From IMG/VR virus record IMGVR_UViG_3300037434_000013, positions 1 to 36,391 of that record: 36,391 bases of DNA; one strand, 5' to 3'. Position 1 is the stretch's first letter. Each line of letters begins with the position of its first letter. The notes beneath the pieces are model-generated. The model was not told where the DNA came from, did not search any database, and was given only the letters and a program-made list of their open reading frames with translations. Source of the DNA: a virus (lineage: Duplodnaviria > Caudoviricetes). Below are positions 17,201 to 25,391 of the stretch, piece by piece. The position numbers were made by a program, and so were the translations under genes.

Positions 17201-17697
17201 AGATCAAGCTTCAACCAGAGGTGTTCTCTTTCGATCCGCTCTCTATCTTCTTGATGGAGAAAGAATTTAACAAAGCTTTTAATAAAAACTTGCTCAGCAA
17301 TCCTGACATTGTAAACATCATTAAAGGTAAGTGGCCAGCACTTAAAGACACAGGTCGCTCAGGTATTCCACTTCTAATGGGCGGAACCCCAGTATTGGCT
17401 ACGATTAAAGTAGCAGAGGGACTATTGAAGAGGGAGTTTGAACAAGAGGTAGGTATGATCCTCTTATTCGAGTCTTCTACTGCTACCAAGGGTATTTCTA
17501 AGAAGAGCGGTAAACCGTGGTCTAAACTTTCGGTTTATCTCTCTGACGGATTTACAACACTTGAGTGTACGCAGTGGGATTCTAAAAAAGCTTTAGGTTG
17601 GGACAAGAACTGCATAGTGTATGTTCGAGGAAAATTAAAGGCGGGCTGGAAATCACCAGTTTGCTTAATAATTGAAGAAATCGAAAGAGTTGAATAA
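14260..17697 (+). CDS. dnaE: DNA polymerase III alpha subunit (family C, DnaE type)
   Basis: PHP motifs LHNHSKYSLLD, TDHG and TDAH; RGSAGGSL, FERFL, PDIDAD, KADILG, YQEEVM, YSFNKSH; C-terminal OB fold. ATG 14260 lies 6 nt after TATAAT. Confidence 0.96.
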   Translation: MARFKEPAQLHNHSKYSLLDAVPSPEEWVGWCLETGTPALAVTDHGTAISMYDALKTKDFIKAYNKEHGTDHALDAVTLIPAVELYVKLNAEDKSHFHITAWAASTEGYHNLMKLSSLAYNDTVSFYGSVKARVTFDQIKEHKAGIKFGTGCIAGPIGKAFWDGNKARAEELYLMYQDIFGDQLYVEFHCNDVTHNFNKTTGSFDPIPGDECSCDGNKQKHYNIFLAEMVDKHGGKCIPVTDAHFIKPEDKIIQDCLLKNGNSNGWYFYESYHQLRAEEMFSKLRGHLGDWLTEENFHTWIENTYEVAAAAADIKVKFEYHLPKIAIPESITAKTSDYDTQTYYYMMQLINEHGRWSNDPIYEARFRQELDVIMKNATLNFIPYFLLYEDIGRFARSKGILQNIARGSAGGSLISFYLKITHVDPIAANLPFERFLSHARIRAGSFPDIDADIGDRARALIIDYLRTKYGVGFAQISTFQKMKTKNAIKDSMFALYGRNRNDFEVKTICDSIPDSGQEVHDEYGFLYGYTDQEGNYNAGQVEVNKNLANFFATYPDVEKMVKKLIGTIRGWSRHASAFVISTLDLAADRVPTMVMKDKELGDIVCTQYDADMVQTCGLVKADILGIKTLTAVSDCVALVKEQVDYLEEVKGMPYIYRLPEDKDIYTDFYNKETDSSFQFNTDLIKGMIQEFMPVRRKDLMDFTAVARPGALDAPLYNTTAAQYYMDIKNGVRNLEYLHDDLEPILKDSCGVFVYQEEVMRFLVEIAGYSWEESDAIRSAIAKKKTDVIMACYDRIRKSCRNRGWDEDAIETICQQIQAFSRYSFNKSHSYAYSELGYITMYLKHHHPYEWWASILNVYKDDEVKLRSYMSKLGDMVRPPSLKYPTNKFEVREIEGQKYIVTPLSAIKGVGPAVVKELCLKGPFPTLADFVARIDHAKVNSGGISYLIKGRGADDMMDMSIESYPERRKAFIETYKQLRGKEIKLQPEVFSFDPLSIFLMEKEFNKAFNKNLLSNPDIVNIIKGKWPALKDTGRSGIPLLMGGTPVLATIKVAEGLLKREFEQEVGMILLFESSTATKGISKKSGKPWSKLSVYLSDGFTTLECTQWDSKKALGWDKNCIVYVRGKLKAGWKSPVCLIIEEIERVE

Positions 17698-17711
17698 CAA
17701 GGAGAAATGAA

Positions 17712-18209
17712 ATGGCAAAATTCGTAGTAGTAAATCAGGCACCAGATAGGGACTTAGAAAAAGGTGAGATCGTAATCGGTCAACCGGACTTTATGGAGCA
17801 AATCTTAGCAAATCAGAAGAAAGCACCAAAACACGGTCAGACAGGTATCAACCATCTTCGCGAGGTCTTAGGCTCTATTGCAGAGAAATACGACCACGAT
17901 ATGAATGTGTTCAAAATTAGGTTATTGAACTACGAAGGTCTTCCATGTAAGACTAACGCAGATCTCTCTGTAGTTCTAAATAACATTCTCAAGAACGAGT
18001 ATCCTCAGATCTTTGATAAGTACTTGGAGCATGAACTTAAGAATCGACCTTTAAATACTAAGTTAATTCACTATGTAGGTAGCTTACAATCTACAACCCC
18101 GTTCTATGCAGCTGGTCTAGATCTCATCGATGAGAAGGATGTTGAATCTTATTTGACTGGTAAACCTAAGAAGACTGTTGGTAAACCTGCGGTCTCGAAC
18201 GAAGATTAA
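17712..18209 (+). CDS. Hypothetical protein
   Basis: 165-aa ORF with SD AAGGAG. Confidence 0.8.
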   Translation: MAKFVVVNQAPDRDLEKGEIVIGQPDFMEQILANQKKAPKHGQTGINHLREVLGSIAEKYDHDMNVFKIRLLNYEGLPCKTNADLSVVLNNILKNEYPQIFDKYLEHELKNRPLNTKLIHYVGSLQSTTPFYAAGLDLIDEKDVESYLTGKPKKTVGKPAVSNED

Positions 18210-18210
18210 A

Positions 18211-18345
18211 ATGAATAAAGTAGTAAAGTTTGATCTATGCGATCAATGTGGCGTTGCAACCAACGAAACCTGTGCGATATGTGAAGAAAACGTCTGTCAA
18301 TATTGCACAGAAGATCATGACGAAGACATACACCCTGAAGAGTAA
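18211..18345 (+). CDS. 44-aa B-box-type zinc-finger microprotein (not in the ORF track)
   Basis: MNKVVKFDLCDQCGVATNETCAICEENVCQYCTEDHDEDIHPEE; starts 1 nt after the upstream stop. Confidence 0.7.
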   Translation: MNKVVKFDLCDQCGVATNETCAICEENVCQYCTEDHDEDIHPEE

Positions 18346-18348
18346 ACG

Positions 18349-18357
18349 TGGTATAAT
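18349..18357 (+). promoter_or_regulatory. Extended -10 promoter (TGgTATAAT)
   Basis: Intergenic, upstream of the SSB gene. Confidence 0.7.
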
Positions 18358-18404
18358 ATACCTAAGCCAATAACGGCCTTTGAACAAAACCCTTGGAGAA
18401 AATA

Positions 18405-19490
18405 ATGAGTAATAACACTAAAATCAAATTGAATATGGATTCCCTCAAATCAAGAAAAGAGTGGAAACGCCACAAAGTAAAAGACGGACATAATGTCTTC
18501 CGCATTTTACCACCATTCGGAGAAGCTTCTAACGGCTATCCGTACCGCAAATGGCAAATCATCTGGGGATTAACTGACCCAGAATCTGGACGTGCTCGTC
18601 CATTCGCATCATCCCTCACATCTGAAAAACGCTGCCCAGTAAATGAATTCGTTCAATTGCTTAAGCAACGTGCTGAAACCATGACTGGTAAACTTGAAGC
18701 GCTTGATACTCCGAAAGAAGAGATCAAGAATCGCATGAAAGGTTTGCAAGAACTTATTGGCAATATCATCCCTAAGACTGTCTACGTTTATAACGCAGCA
18801 GATCGTTCAGGCGAAGTAGGTCTATTAGAGCTTAAATCTACAGCTCACAAAGACATGAAAGAGAAGATGAACAAGTATATCCAAGATTACAATCAGGATC
18901 CTACCTCTTTGGGTAGTGCTGATGATGATTCTGGCGTATGGTTCGATATCATTCGTTCTAATGCTACCGGTCAATTCCGCGATACTAAGTATGATGTAGA
19001 GAAAGTACAAACTCGTCTTAAAGAAGCTTCTGGAAAGGTCTCTTTCGTAGATGACCGTTCTCCGCTTTCTGATGCTGTTGTAGAGAACTACGATAACTTA
19101 GCTTATGATCTTTCAGCTATTTATCAAACTAAAACTTACGATGAATTGAACGAAGTATTGCAAGCCAATCTTCCTAGCATCATCGAAGCTTATCCAGATG
19201 CAGATCTCTCTATCGAACCGAATCTAGCTAATGCATATGCTGCTCCAGTGGCTACTGCTGCAACCCCTCGTGCACAAGCTGCGCCTGCTGCTAAACCAAC
19301 AGGTACATCTCGTGTAACTACTAGATTGGATGATGAAGATGACGACATCGACGAAACAAAGTTGGCAGCACCAGCTAGTTCTGCTAACGTTCGTGGAACG
19401 ACTACTAGGAATCTACAAGCTGCCGCTACCGCAAGCTCAGCGATCACGGATGACTTCATGGCAGAAGCCGATAGACTCTTAAGATCATAA
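18405..19490 (+). CDS. gp32-like single-stranded DNA-binding protein
   Basis: GHNVFRILPP...CPV...VYVYN core, Ala/Pro linker and acidic tail; sits before uvsY-like and recA; SD GGAG before ATG 18405. Confidence 0.75.
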   Translation: MSNNTKIKLNMDSLKSRKEWKRHKVKDGHNVFRILPPFGEASNGYPYRKWQIIWGLTDPESGRARPFASSLTSEKRCPVNEFVQLLKQRAETMTGKLEALDTPKEEIKNRMKGLQELIGNIIPKTVYVYNAADRSGEVGLLELKSTAHKDMKEKMNKYIQDYNQDPTSLGSADDDSGVWFDIIRSNATGQFRDTKYDVEKVQTRLKEASGKVSFVDDRSPLSDAVVENYDNLAYDLSAIYQTKTYDELNEVLQANLPSIIEAYPDADLSIEPNLANAYAAPVATAATPRAQAAPAAKPTGTSRVTTRLDDEDDDIDETKLAAPASSANVRGTTTRNLQAAATASSAITDDFMAEADRLLRS

Positions 19491-19500
19491 GGACAAAACA

Positions 19501-19947
19501 ATGAGTGATATTACCAAAAAGGTAGACATCACTCGTCTAGCCCACTACGTAAACAAGATAGAGGAGCTGTCAACTATTAGCAAGTTGATGGCTCCTGTTT
19601 ATCTTCAGGATTACATTATGGGTCAAGACGTTGCTGCTAATCTACTTGCGAAAGCAATGCAGTCCGATTCTAAAGCAAAAGCGAAGGTTGAGCAGGCCGA
19701 AGCAATTGCATATCTTGAACGCGCCAAAGACTACCTAGAAGCGCGCGGTATCAAGGACACTAGCGAAGCTCGTAAACAATATGTAAACATCGATCCAGAT
19801 GTTCTTCAAGCTAAGGATGATAGAGCCATGACGGAGGCTTTAGTATCATTAATGAAGAGCAAATTATCTCAATTGAGACAAGCACATGACGATCTAAAGA
19901 AGATTGCTTATGGCGATCAAAATATGACAAACTACGAAGGAATGTGA
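19501..19947 (+). CDS. UvsY-like recombination mediator (putative)
   Basis: Helical 148-aa protein with ARKQYVNIDPDV, between SSB and RecA. Confidence 0.5.
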   Translation: MSDITKKVDITRLAHYVNKIEELSTISKLMAPVYLQDYIMGQDVAANLLAKAMQSDSKAKAKVEQAEAIAYLERAKDYLEARGIKDTSEARKQYVNIDPDVLQAKDDRAMTEALVSLMKSKLSQLRQAHDDLKKIAYGDQNMTNYEGM

Positions 19948-20477
19948 TGAAGATCTGTTCTAAGTGTTTTGATAATAAATCTTACTGTGATTTCTATGTT
20001 AGACCATCGTACAAAGACGGTTACAGTTCTTGGTGTATAAATTGTACATTAGAATATGGAAAAACATATAAGGTTCAGCATCTTGAAGATAAGAGAATTA
20101 AGCAAAGAGAGTGGAGAAAGCAAACTGATTATTGTTCAATATACTTAAGTGATATTAACAATAAATTAGCACATACTTTGAGAAATAGAGTTGGTGACAT
20201 TATAAGAGGGAAAATTAAAATAGGTTCTGCTGTAGATGACTTAGGTTGTTCTATAGAAGAACTAAAGAATTATTTAGAGTCTAGATTTCAACCTGGAATG
20301 ACCTGGGATAATTGGTCGATTAACGGTTGGCATGTAGATCATGTTAAGCCATTATCTTTATTTGATTTGTCTAATTTAGAGCAGTTTAAACAGGCTTGCC
20401 ATTACACAAACTTACAACCTTTGTGGGCGAAAGATAATTTGGTAAAATACAATAAGGAGATAGGGCGTAATGGATAA
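19944..20477 (+). CDS. HNH homing endonuclease
   Basis: GCSIEELKNYLE...MTWDNW...WHVDHVKPL...HYTNLQPLWAKDN plus an N-terminal CxxC finger. Confidence 0.88.
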   Translation: MMKICSKCFDNKSYCDFYVRPSYKDGYSSWCINCTLEYGKTYKVQHLEDKRIKQREWRKQTDYCSIYLSDINNKLAHTLRNRVGDIIRGKIKIGSAVDDLGCSIEELKNYLESRFQPGMTWDNWSINGWHVDHVKPLSLFDLSNLEQFKQACHYTNLQPLWAKDNLVKYNKEIGRNG

Positions 20478-20667
20478 TTTTATTTATCGTCTTAAGGATG
20501 AACAAGGGAATATTTTAAAAGAGACACAATATATAGGTGATCAAGAATTGTTAGATCAATTGTCTGCGTTTCAAACTAAGCACCAAATTGTTTTTGGTGA
20601 TAGCATGCATGATTTGTTATGTGATCTAAGTAATTATCTTATAAACAAGGGGGCAATCTATGTCTAA
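20470..20667 (+). CDS. Hypothetical protein
   Basis: 65 aa, SD AAGGAG, overlaps both neighbours. Confidence 0.6.
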   Translation: MDNFIYRLKDEQGNILKETQYIGDQELLDQLSAFQTKHQIVFGDSMHDLLCDLSNYLINKGAIYV

Positions 20668-21766
20668 ACAATGGCTAAGTAAACTAACAGAAGAGTTTGG
20701 AACCGTAGCGGCTGATCTCAATATAAATGTGCCACCTGTAGTGCCAACTAGATCACCGTCCTTAAATTGGGCGACTCAGATTGGTGGCTTTCAACCAGGT
20801 AAGATCATTGTTCCATATGGACCAGAGAGCTCAGGTAAGTCCCTACTAGCTATGATGGCTATTGCTGATTACCAGAAAAGAGATGCAGATGCGATATTCA
20901 TTTGGTTCGATGCAGAGTTCTCATTCAACCTCCCGCTATTTATCAAGATCGGCGGTGACTCGAAGCGCCTCATTGTACGCAAGTCGAATGACCCACTTAA
21001 AATCTTTGACTACGTCGGGGGAGAGATGTTGGAGGCTCTTCAAGAAGGAGCGCCAATCCGCGGTATCGTTATTGATTCTATTAAGGCAATTAGATATCCT
21101 AAAGAAACTAACATGAAGCAAACGACTGACCAGAAGATGGGTGGAACTGGTGCAAGCTATCTTCCATCTGCCCTAAAGTTAGTTATTCCTGTCATCGCTC
21201 AATATAACCTAATGACCTTCTTGATTCAACAGGTCACTATGGAGATTGATCCAATGAAGGCGCTTCGTAATCCTTTCGTTATCACGGAAGGTAAGGCTTT
21301 GAAGCACGCGGCAGATCTAATGCTTGAAATCGTTAAGCTTGATACTAAGAATGGAATCTTGGAATCGGGTGAGACAATCTCTGGCGCTGCGCAACAGACT
21401 GGTCACAAGGTTCGTGTTAAGGTTAAGAAGAATCGTCTCGGCGTTCCAGCTCGTATGGCACAATTTACGTACCACTACGATAATGGTATCATCGACACCG
21501 CTTCGGAAATCTTTGAGCTTGGCAAGTCTTTAGGAATTGTATTCCATCCTGTTAATCCAGCGTCTGGTAAAGAGAACGTTCAGATGTGGCAGTTTGGCGC
21601 CTACGATCCTATTAGGGGTGAAGAGAATATGAAGCAATTTGTTCTAGCATCACCTAAGATTCAAAATGAGATTATGTCTGCGTGCTATACTTACAAGGAT
21701 GAAGCCGTTCAGACAGATGTAGCTGGCGTTGTAATAGACGACTCTGATATACCATTGGAGGAATAA
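20660..21766 (+). CDS. recA: RecA/UvsX recombinase
   Basis: Walker A GPESSGKS, FDAEFS, IVIDSI, GKALKH, VKVKKNR. Confidence 0.93.
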   Translation: MSKQWLSKLTEEFGTVAADLNINVPPVVPTRSPSLNWATQIGGFQPGKIIVPYGPESSGKSLLAMMAIADYQKRDADAIFIWFDAEFSFNLPLFIKIGGDSKRLIVRKSNDPLKIFDYVGGEMLEALQEGAPIRGIVIDSIKAIRYPKETNMKQTTDQKMGGTGASYLPSALKLVIPVIAQYNLMTFLIQQVTMEIDPMKALRNPFVITEGKALKHAADLMLEIVKLDTKNGILESGETISGAAQQTGHKVRVKVKKNRLGVPARMAQFTYHYDNGIIDTASEIFELGKSLGIVFHPVNPASGKENVQMWQFGAYDPIRGEENMKQFVLASPKIQNEIMSACYTYKDEAVQTDVAGVVIDDSDIPLEE

Positions 21767-21963
21767 TGAGATATTTGCTGTTATTATTACTTTCTAGTTG
21801 CGCTACAGTGAATGTAGCACCTCAAAATGCATCTATAGCTCTTATGGAGAAAGCCAAGCAATCCTGTAAGGATGACAAGAGATGTGCACTAGAGTTCTTG
21901 TATAAAGAATGTCGCACTAAGAACTTAGATCTTAAGATATGCGGATTAATGGAGAAACTGTGA
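21766..21963 (+). CDS. Small lipoprotein
   Basis: MRYLLLLLLSSC signal peptide with a lipobox Cys. Confidence 0.65.
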   Translation: MRYLLLLLLSSCATVNVAPQNASIALMEKAKQSCKDDKRCALEFLYKECRTKNLDLKICGLMEKL

Positions 21964-22538
21964 TCTACTTTACGTCTGACAATCATTTCTGGCATGCAAA
22001 TGTAATCAAGTATTGCAATCGTCCATTCAAAGATGTGCAAGAGATGAATGAGATGATGATCAAGAACTGGAATGACGTAGTCACTCCAGATGATACTGTT
22101 TATTGTCTAGGTGACTTTAGCTTAGCAGCTAGACCTGTTGAAGACTACACTCGCAGACTTAACGGTACTAAATACCTAGTTCCTGGTAACCATGACTTCT
22201 GCCATTCCTATCATAAGAAATCTCGCAGTGAAGAAGGTCGTAAGAGATGGATAGCCAAGTACGAGGAATGGGGTTGGATTGTTCTTCCAGAGCAAACTAC
22301 TCTAGATATTCCAGGAGTTGCTACAGTAAACCTCTGTCATCATCCTTATAGATTAGTGGATCCAGGCGATGATAAGTATATTAAGTGGCGTCCAAAGGAC
22401 GATGGTCGTTGGTTGCTATGCGGTCACGTTCATGAGAAGTGGAAGATTGTCGATAAGCAAATTAACATTGGTGTAGATCAATGGGATTTTAAACCAGTTT
22501 CTATAGAAGAAATAAGCAAGATAATATGTCAACCATAG
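21960..22538 (+). CDS. Calcineurin-like metallophosphoesterase
   Basis: SDNH, LGDF, GNHD, CHHP, GHVH; GTG start with SD GGAG; ends in TAG. Confidence 0.9.
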   Translation: MIYFTSDNHFWHANVIKYCNRPFKDVQEMNEMMIKNWNDVVTPDDTVYCLGDFSLAARPVEDYTRRLNGTKYLVPGNHDFCHSYHKKSRSEEGRKRWIAKYEEWGWIVLPEQTTLDIPGVATVNLCHHPYRLVDPGDDKYIKWRPKDDGRWLLCGHVHEKWKIVDKQINIGVDQWDFKPVSIEEISKIICQP

Positions 22539-22903
22539 ATGGTACAACTGGATGGTGTCCAGATCACGCTGTATGCATGGAGTGGATAGAGAGAAGAGCT
22601 GCACAGTGTGTTGAAAATTTTCAAGATGTAGACTCTGTATATATGAGTCAAGATATCTATACTCAGTTTTTGAAATCAATGGAGAGCAATAGATTGTATA
22701 CAGCTAATGGACAACCTGCCAGCGTTGGTTTAAATGTTGTAAGTATATATACTTCTGCTGGTCTTCTTTTAGTAAAACCTATTCCCTTAATGAGTAATTT
22801 TTGTCATGTAGGAACTCATACTACATATGATGATCTTGTTAGGATTCAAGTGGATCAAATGTTTGAAGAGATAGTTTTAAAAGATTGTGAGTATGTAGAT
22901 TGA
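22526..22903 (+). CDS. Hypothetical protein
   Basis: 125-aa ORF tiled between its neighbours. Confidence 0.7.
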   Translation: MSTIDGTTGWCPDHAVCMEWIERRAAQCVENFQDVDSVYMSQDIYTQFLKSMESNRLYTANGQPASVGLNVVSIYTSAGLLLVKPIPLMSNFCHVGTHTTYDDLVRIQVDQMFEEIVLKDCEYVD

Positions 22904-23931
22904 AAGTTTTATTTATCGGCGATCCGCATCTTAAGATAAATCGTTTTGATCTAGCTATGCAATTCTTAGCGTGGTTAGATAAAGTTATCTTTGAACAGCG
23001 ACCAGACCTTGTAGTGAATCTAGGTGACACCTTTGATACACATGCAGTTCTGCGTTCTGAAGTCACTACTGAATTCATGAGACACGTATATAAGATTATA
23101 GGTGAAGGTATTCCATATGTATATCTTCTAGGCAATCATGACATGTATAAGCCTAACGATGCAAAGTATCACGCTATGCTTCCATTCAAAGATAAGATTA
23201 AAGGTCTCTACGTAGTAGATAAGCCTCAAGATCTATTTGGAATGACCTTTGTTCCTTATCAACCAGATGGATCTACTTTTCCTACTAAGACTCGTAAGAT
23301 TGTAATAGCGCATCAAACATTTATTGGAGGAGATTATGGTCCTATCAGAGCAACAGAGGGCGTCGATCCGAGAAGCCTTAATACTTGCGAACTTGTCATC
23401 TCGGGGCATATCCATAAGCGACAACGTCTCGTGGATCACGAGGTCGGACCCGAAATCGTATATGTCGGCTCTCCATTTAGTCAGTCTGCTTCAGACGTTG
23501 ATCAATCGAAAGGAATCTCAGTCTTTGATATGGGTACGTATGCAGAGACCTTTATACCAACTATATTGCCAACGTGGAGAAGACTTCACGTTGTGGTATC
23601 GCAGTCTACGGGGATTGAAATAGTTCATCAACTCGTACAGCAAGATATCTCTGGCAGTAAAGATCATTGGGTACTTGAATTAGAAGGACCTAAAGCAGAG
23701 ATAGTTGGATACTTAGGTTCTACTGAGTATATTAAAGCTATTAATGGTGTTGATGTAAAAGTGAAAACGAAGTTTAACGATAATGAGAAAAAGAAACTCG
23801 CTATCGAAGCTCGGACTATGGAACTTATTGTATCAGAGTATGTAGCTAAAGTGTATAACGGTTCTATAGATAAAAATGAGCTATTATTAGCGGCAAAAGC
23901 TGTTCTTAATGAGTCTAGACTGAGTAAATGA
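22900..23931 (+). CDS. SbcD/Mre11/gp47-like nuclease subunit
   Basis: IGDPH, LGDTFD, GNHD, AHQ, SGHIH, YVGSP; TTG start. Confidence 0.9.
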   Translation: MKVLFIGDPHLKINRFDLAMQFLAWLDKVIFEQRPDLVVNLGDTFDTHAVLRSEVTTEFMRHVYKIIGEGIPYVYLLGNHDMYKPNDAKYHAMLPFKDKIKGLYVVDKPQDLFGMTFVPYQPDGSTFPTKTRKIVIAHQTFIGGDYGPIRATEGVDPRSLNTCELVISGHIHKRQRLVDHEVGPEIVYVGSPFSQSASDVDQSKGISVFDMGTYAETFIPTILPTWRRLHVVVSQSTGIEIVHQLVQQDISGSKDHWVLELEGPKAEIVGYLGSTEYIKAINGVDVKVKTKFNDNEKKKLAIEARTMELIVSEYVAKVYNGSIDKNELLLAAKAVLNESRLSK

Positions 23932-23942
23932 AGTTACCCACC

Positions 23943-23951
23943 TGGTATAAT
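23943..23951 (+). promoter_or_regulatory. Extended -10 promoter (TGgTATAAT)
   Basis: Intergenic, before ORF 23983. Confidence 0.7.
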
Positions 23952-23982
23952 GTTATAAGGTGGATAGCACTAAGGAGCTAAC

Positions 23983-24432
23983 ATGGAGTTCGATAAGTTA
24001 AATGAATTTGTAGATCAGCAGAGATGGTTGTTGAACAACGGTCTCGTGCATGAATCTACAAAGAATCAATTATTCTTTTTCGGCTCTATCGTTCATCCTA
24101 GTGTACAAGCTGTCGAGATGAATCTTCAGACCGACATAAAAACTGTTGATTATATTTTGTATTTTAATAAGAAAGTACTTAATAAGATCGACAAGTACAA
24201 AGAGCTCTCCACTGCCACATCGTTATTTGGTATGTGGAAGTTTAAACGCCTTCTTCAAAAAGAGGGTGACTTAAATCTTCAGGGCATATTAAATTCGTTT
24301 GTTAAAGGCTTCTGTGGTCCTGGCTGGACTACTAAAATCACTTTAATGGACTTCGATGCGTATATAGATAACATTGGAGAACCAAGTGAGCCCGAGCAAC
24401 CAGGTCAGCAACCTAATAAATTGCCTGACTAA
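23983..24432 (+). CDS. Hypothetical protein
   Basis: 149 aa with SD TAAGGAG. Confidence 0.8.
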   Translation: MEFDKLNEFVDQQRWLLNNGLVHESTKNQLFFFGSIVHPSVQAVEMNLQTDIKTVDYILYFNKKVLNKIDKYKELSTATSLFGMWKFKRLLQKEGDLNLQGILNSFVKGFCGPGWTTKITLMDFDAYIDNIGEPSEPEQPGQQPNKLPD

Positions 24433-24784
24433 TGATGAAGACCAGCGTCAAAACCTATGGATCCACTATTTAAGTGGTAACCCGCCGTCTTCATTCGCAT
24501 CCTATTTAAGCAAGATAGAACGAGAATTCTCTTTAGATTCTCAAATCCAGCAAACGTTATGGGATACCCATTCCAACCCCAAAACGGATAAGTTCCAGGA
24601 ATTACTAGTAAATTTCAGTGAAATTGAGCAATCAGTACTATGTCTGTTGGCACTTGGACTGACGATAAGTGAAATCTCTTCATACAAAGGTATCAGCGAG
24701 GTGCGTATTAGGCAGCTGATCTCAGTTGTAAGGTATAATGAATGCTGGGAAGAGATATATGGCATTAAAGAAAAGACTGACTGA
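24386..24784 (+). CDS. Small sigma70-like / region-4 HTH protein
   Basis: DEDQRQNLWIHYL (region 2-like) and FSEIEQSVLCLLALGLTISEISSYKGISEVRIRQ (region 4-like); GTG start with SD GGAG, alternative TTG 24374. Confidence 0.6.
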   Translation: MSPSNQVSNLINCLTNDEDQRQNLWIHYLSGNPPSSFASYLSKIEREFSLDSQIQQTLWDTHSNPKTDKFQELLVNFSEIEQSVLCLLALGLTISEISSYKGISEVRIRQLISVVRYNECWEEIYGIKEKTD

Positions 24785-25391
24785 CGAAGAGAAGTACGGG
24801 CTAAGTGAAGAAGAGATTAAACTAGCTGAAAAGTACTTAAGAAAGCATAAGACAGCCGGGGCTCTTAAAGAGCTAGAAGCTGCAAAGTTATTTGAACTGT
24901 ACCTACTAGGTGAGTCAATCCCAAAGATAGCCCAACAGTTCCCCCAATACAATTTAGGTCAAGTTGCCCTTACGGCCTCCCTACGAGGATGGGCCCATGA
25001 TCGCGACAAGATGATGCACACCCTGCAAGATCGGGTTCGTGCTAAAGTCGTTAAATCAGTCTTAGAACAAGTCGATTTCCTAACTGCCATGATGTCTGTA
25101 GCAAATGCAGAGCACTTAGAGAAGATGATGAAATACTGTCAAGATCCAATTAATAATCCAAAGCCTGACATGCGTGTGACCAATATTAAAGAATATAAGG
25201 ATGTTGCAGAGACTTTATATAAGATTGTCTCCGGTGCTACTCCTGGCTCTGGCAAGAATAAAGAGCGTTCACCAATGTTTGAAGCCTTGACCCCTCCAAC
25301 TCCCAAGAAGGAAGTTGAAGTGCAAGAAGATGATGCAAGTACTTTACTTAGTCATGCGGTAGGAAATAATGAGCAAGAAGACCAGCACTAA
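24759..25391 (+). CDS. HTH protein, candidate terminase small subunit
   Basis: LYLLGESIPKIAQQF HTH-like segment; directly upstream of and overlapping terL. Confidence 0.5.
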   Translation: MALKKRLTDEEKYGLSEEEIKLAEKYLRKHKTAGALKELEAAKLFELYLLGESIPKIAQQFPQYNLGQVALTASLRGWAHDRDKMMHTLQDRVRAKVVKSVLEQVDFLTAMMSVANAEHLEKMMKYCQDPINNPKPDMRVTNIKEYKDVAETLYKIVSGATPGSGKNKERSPMFEALTPPTPKKEVEVQEDDASTLLSHAVGNNEQEDQH

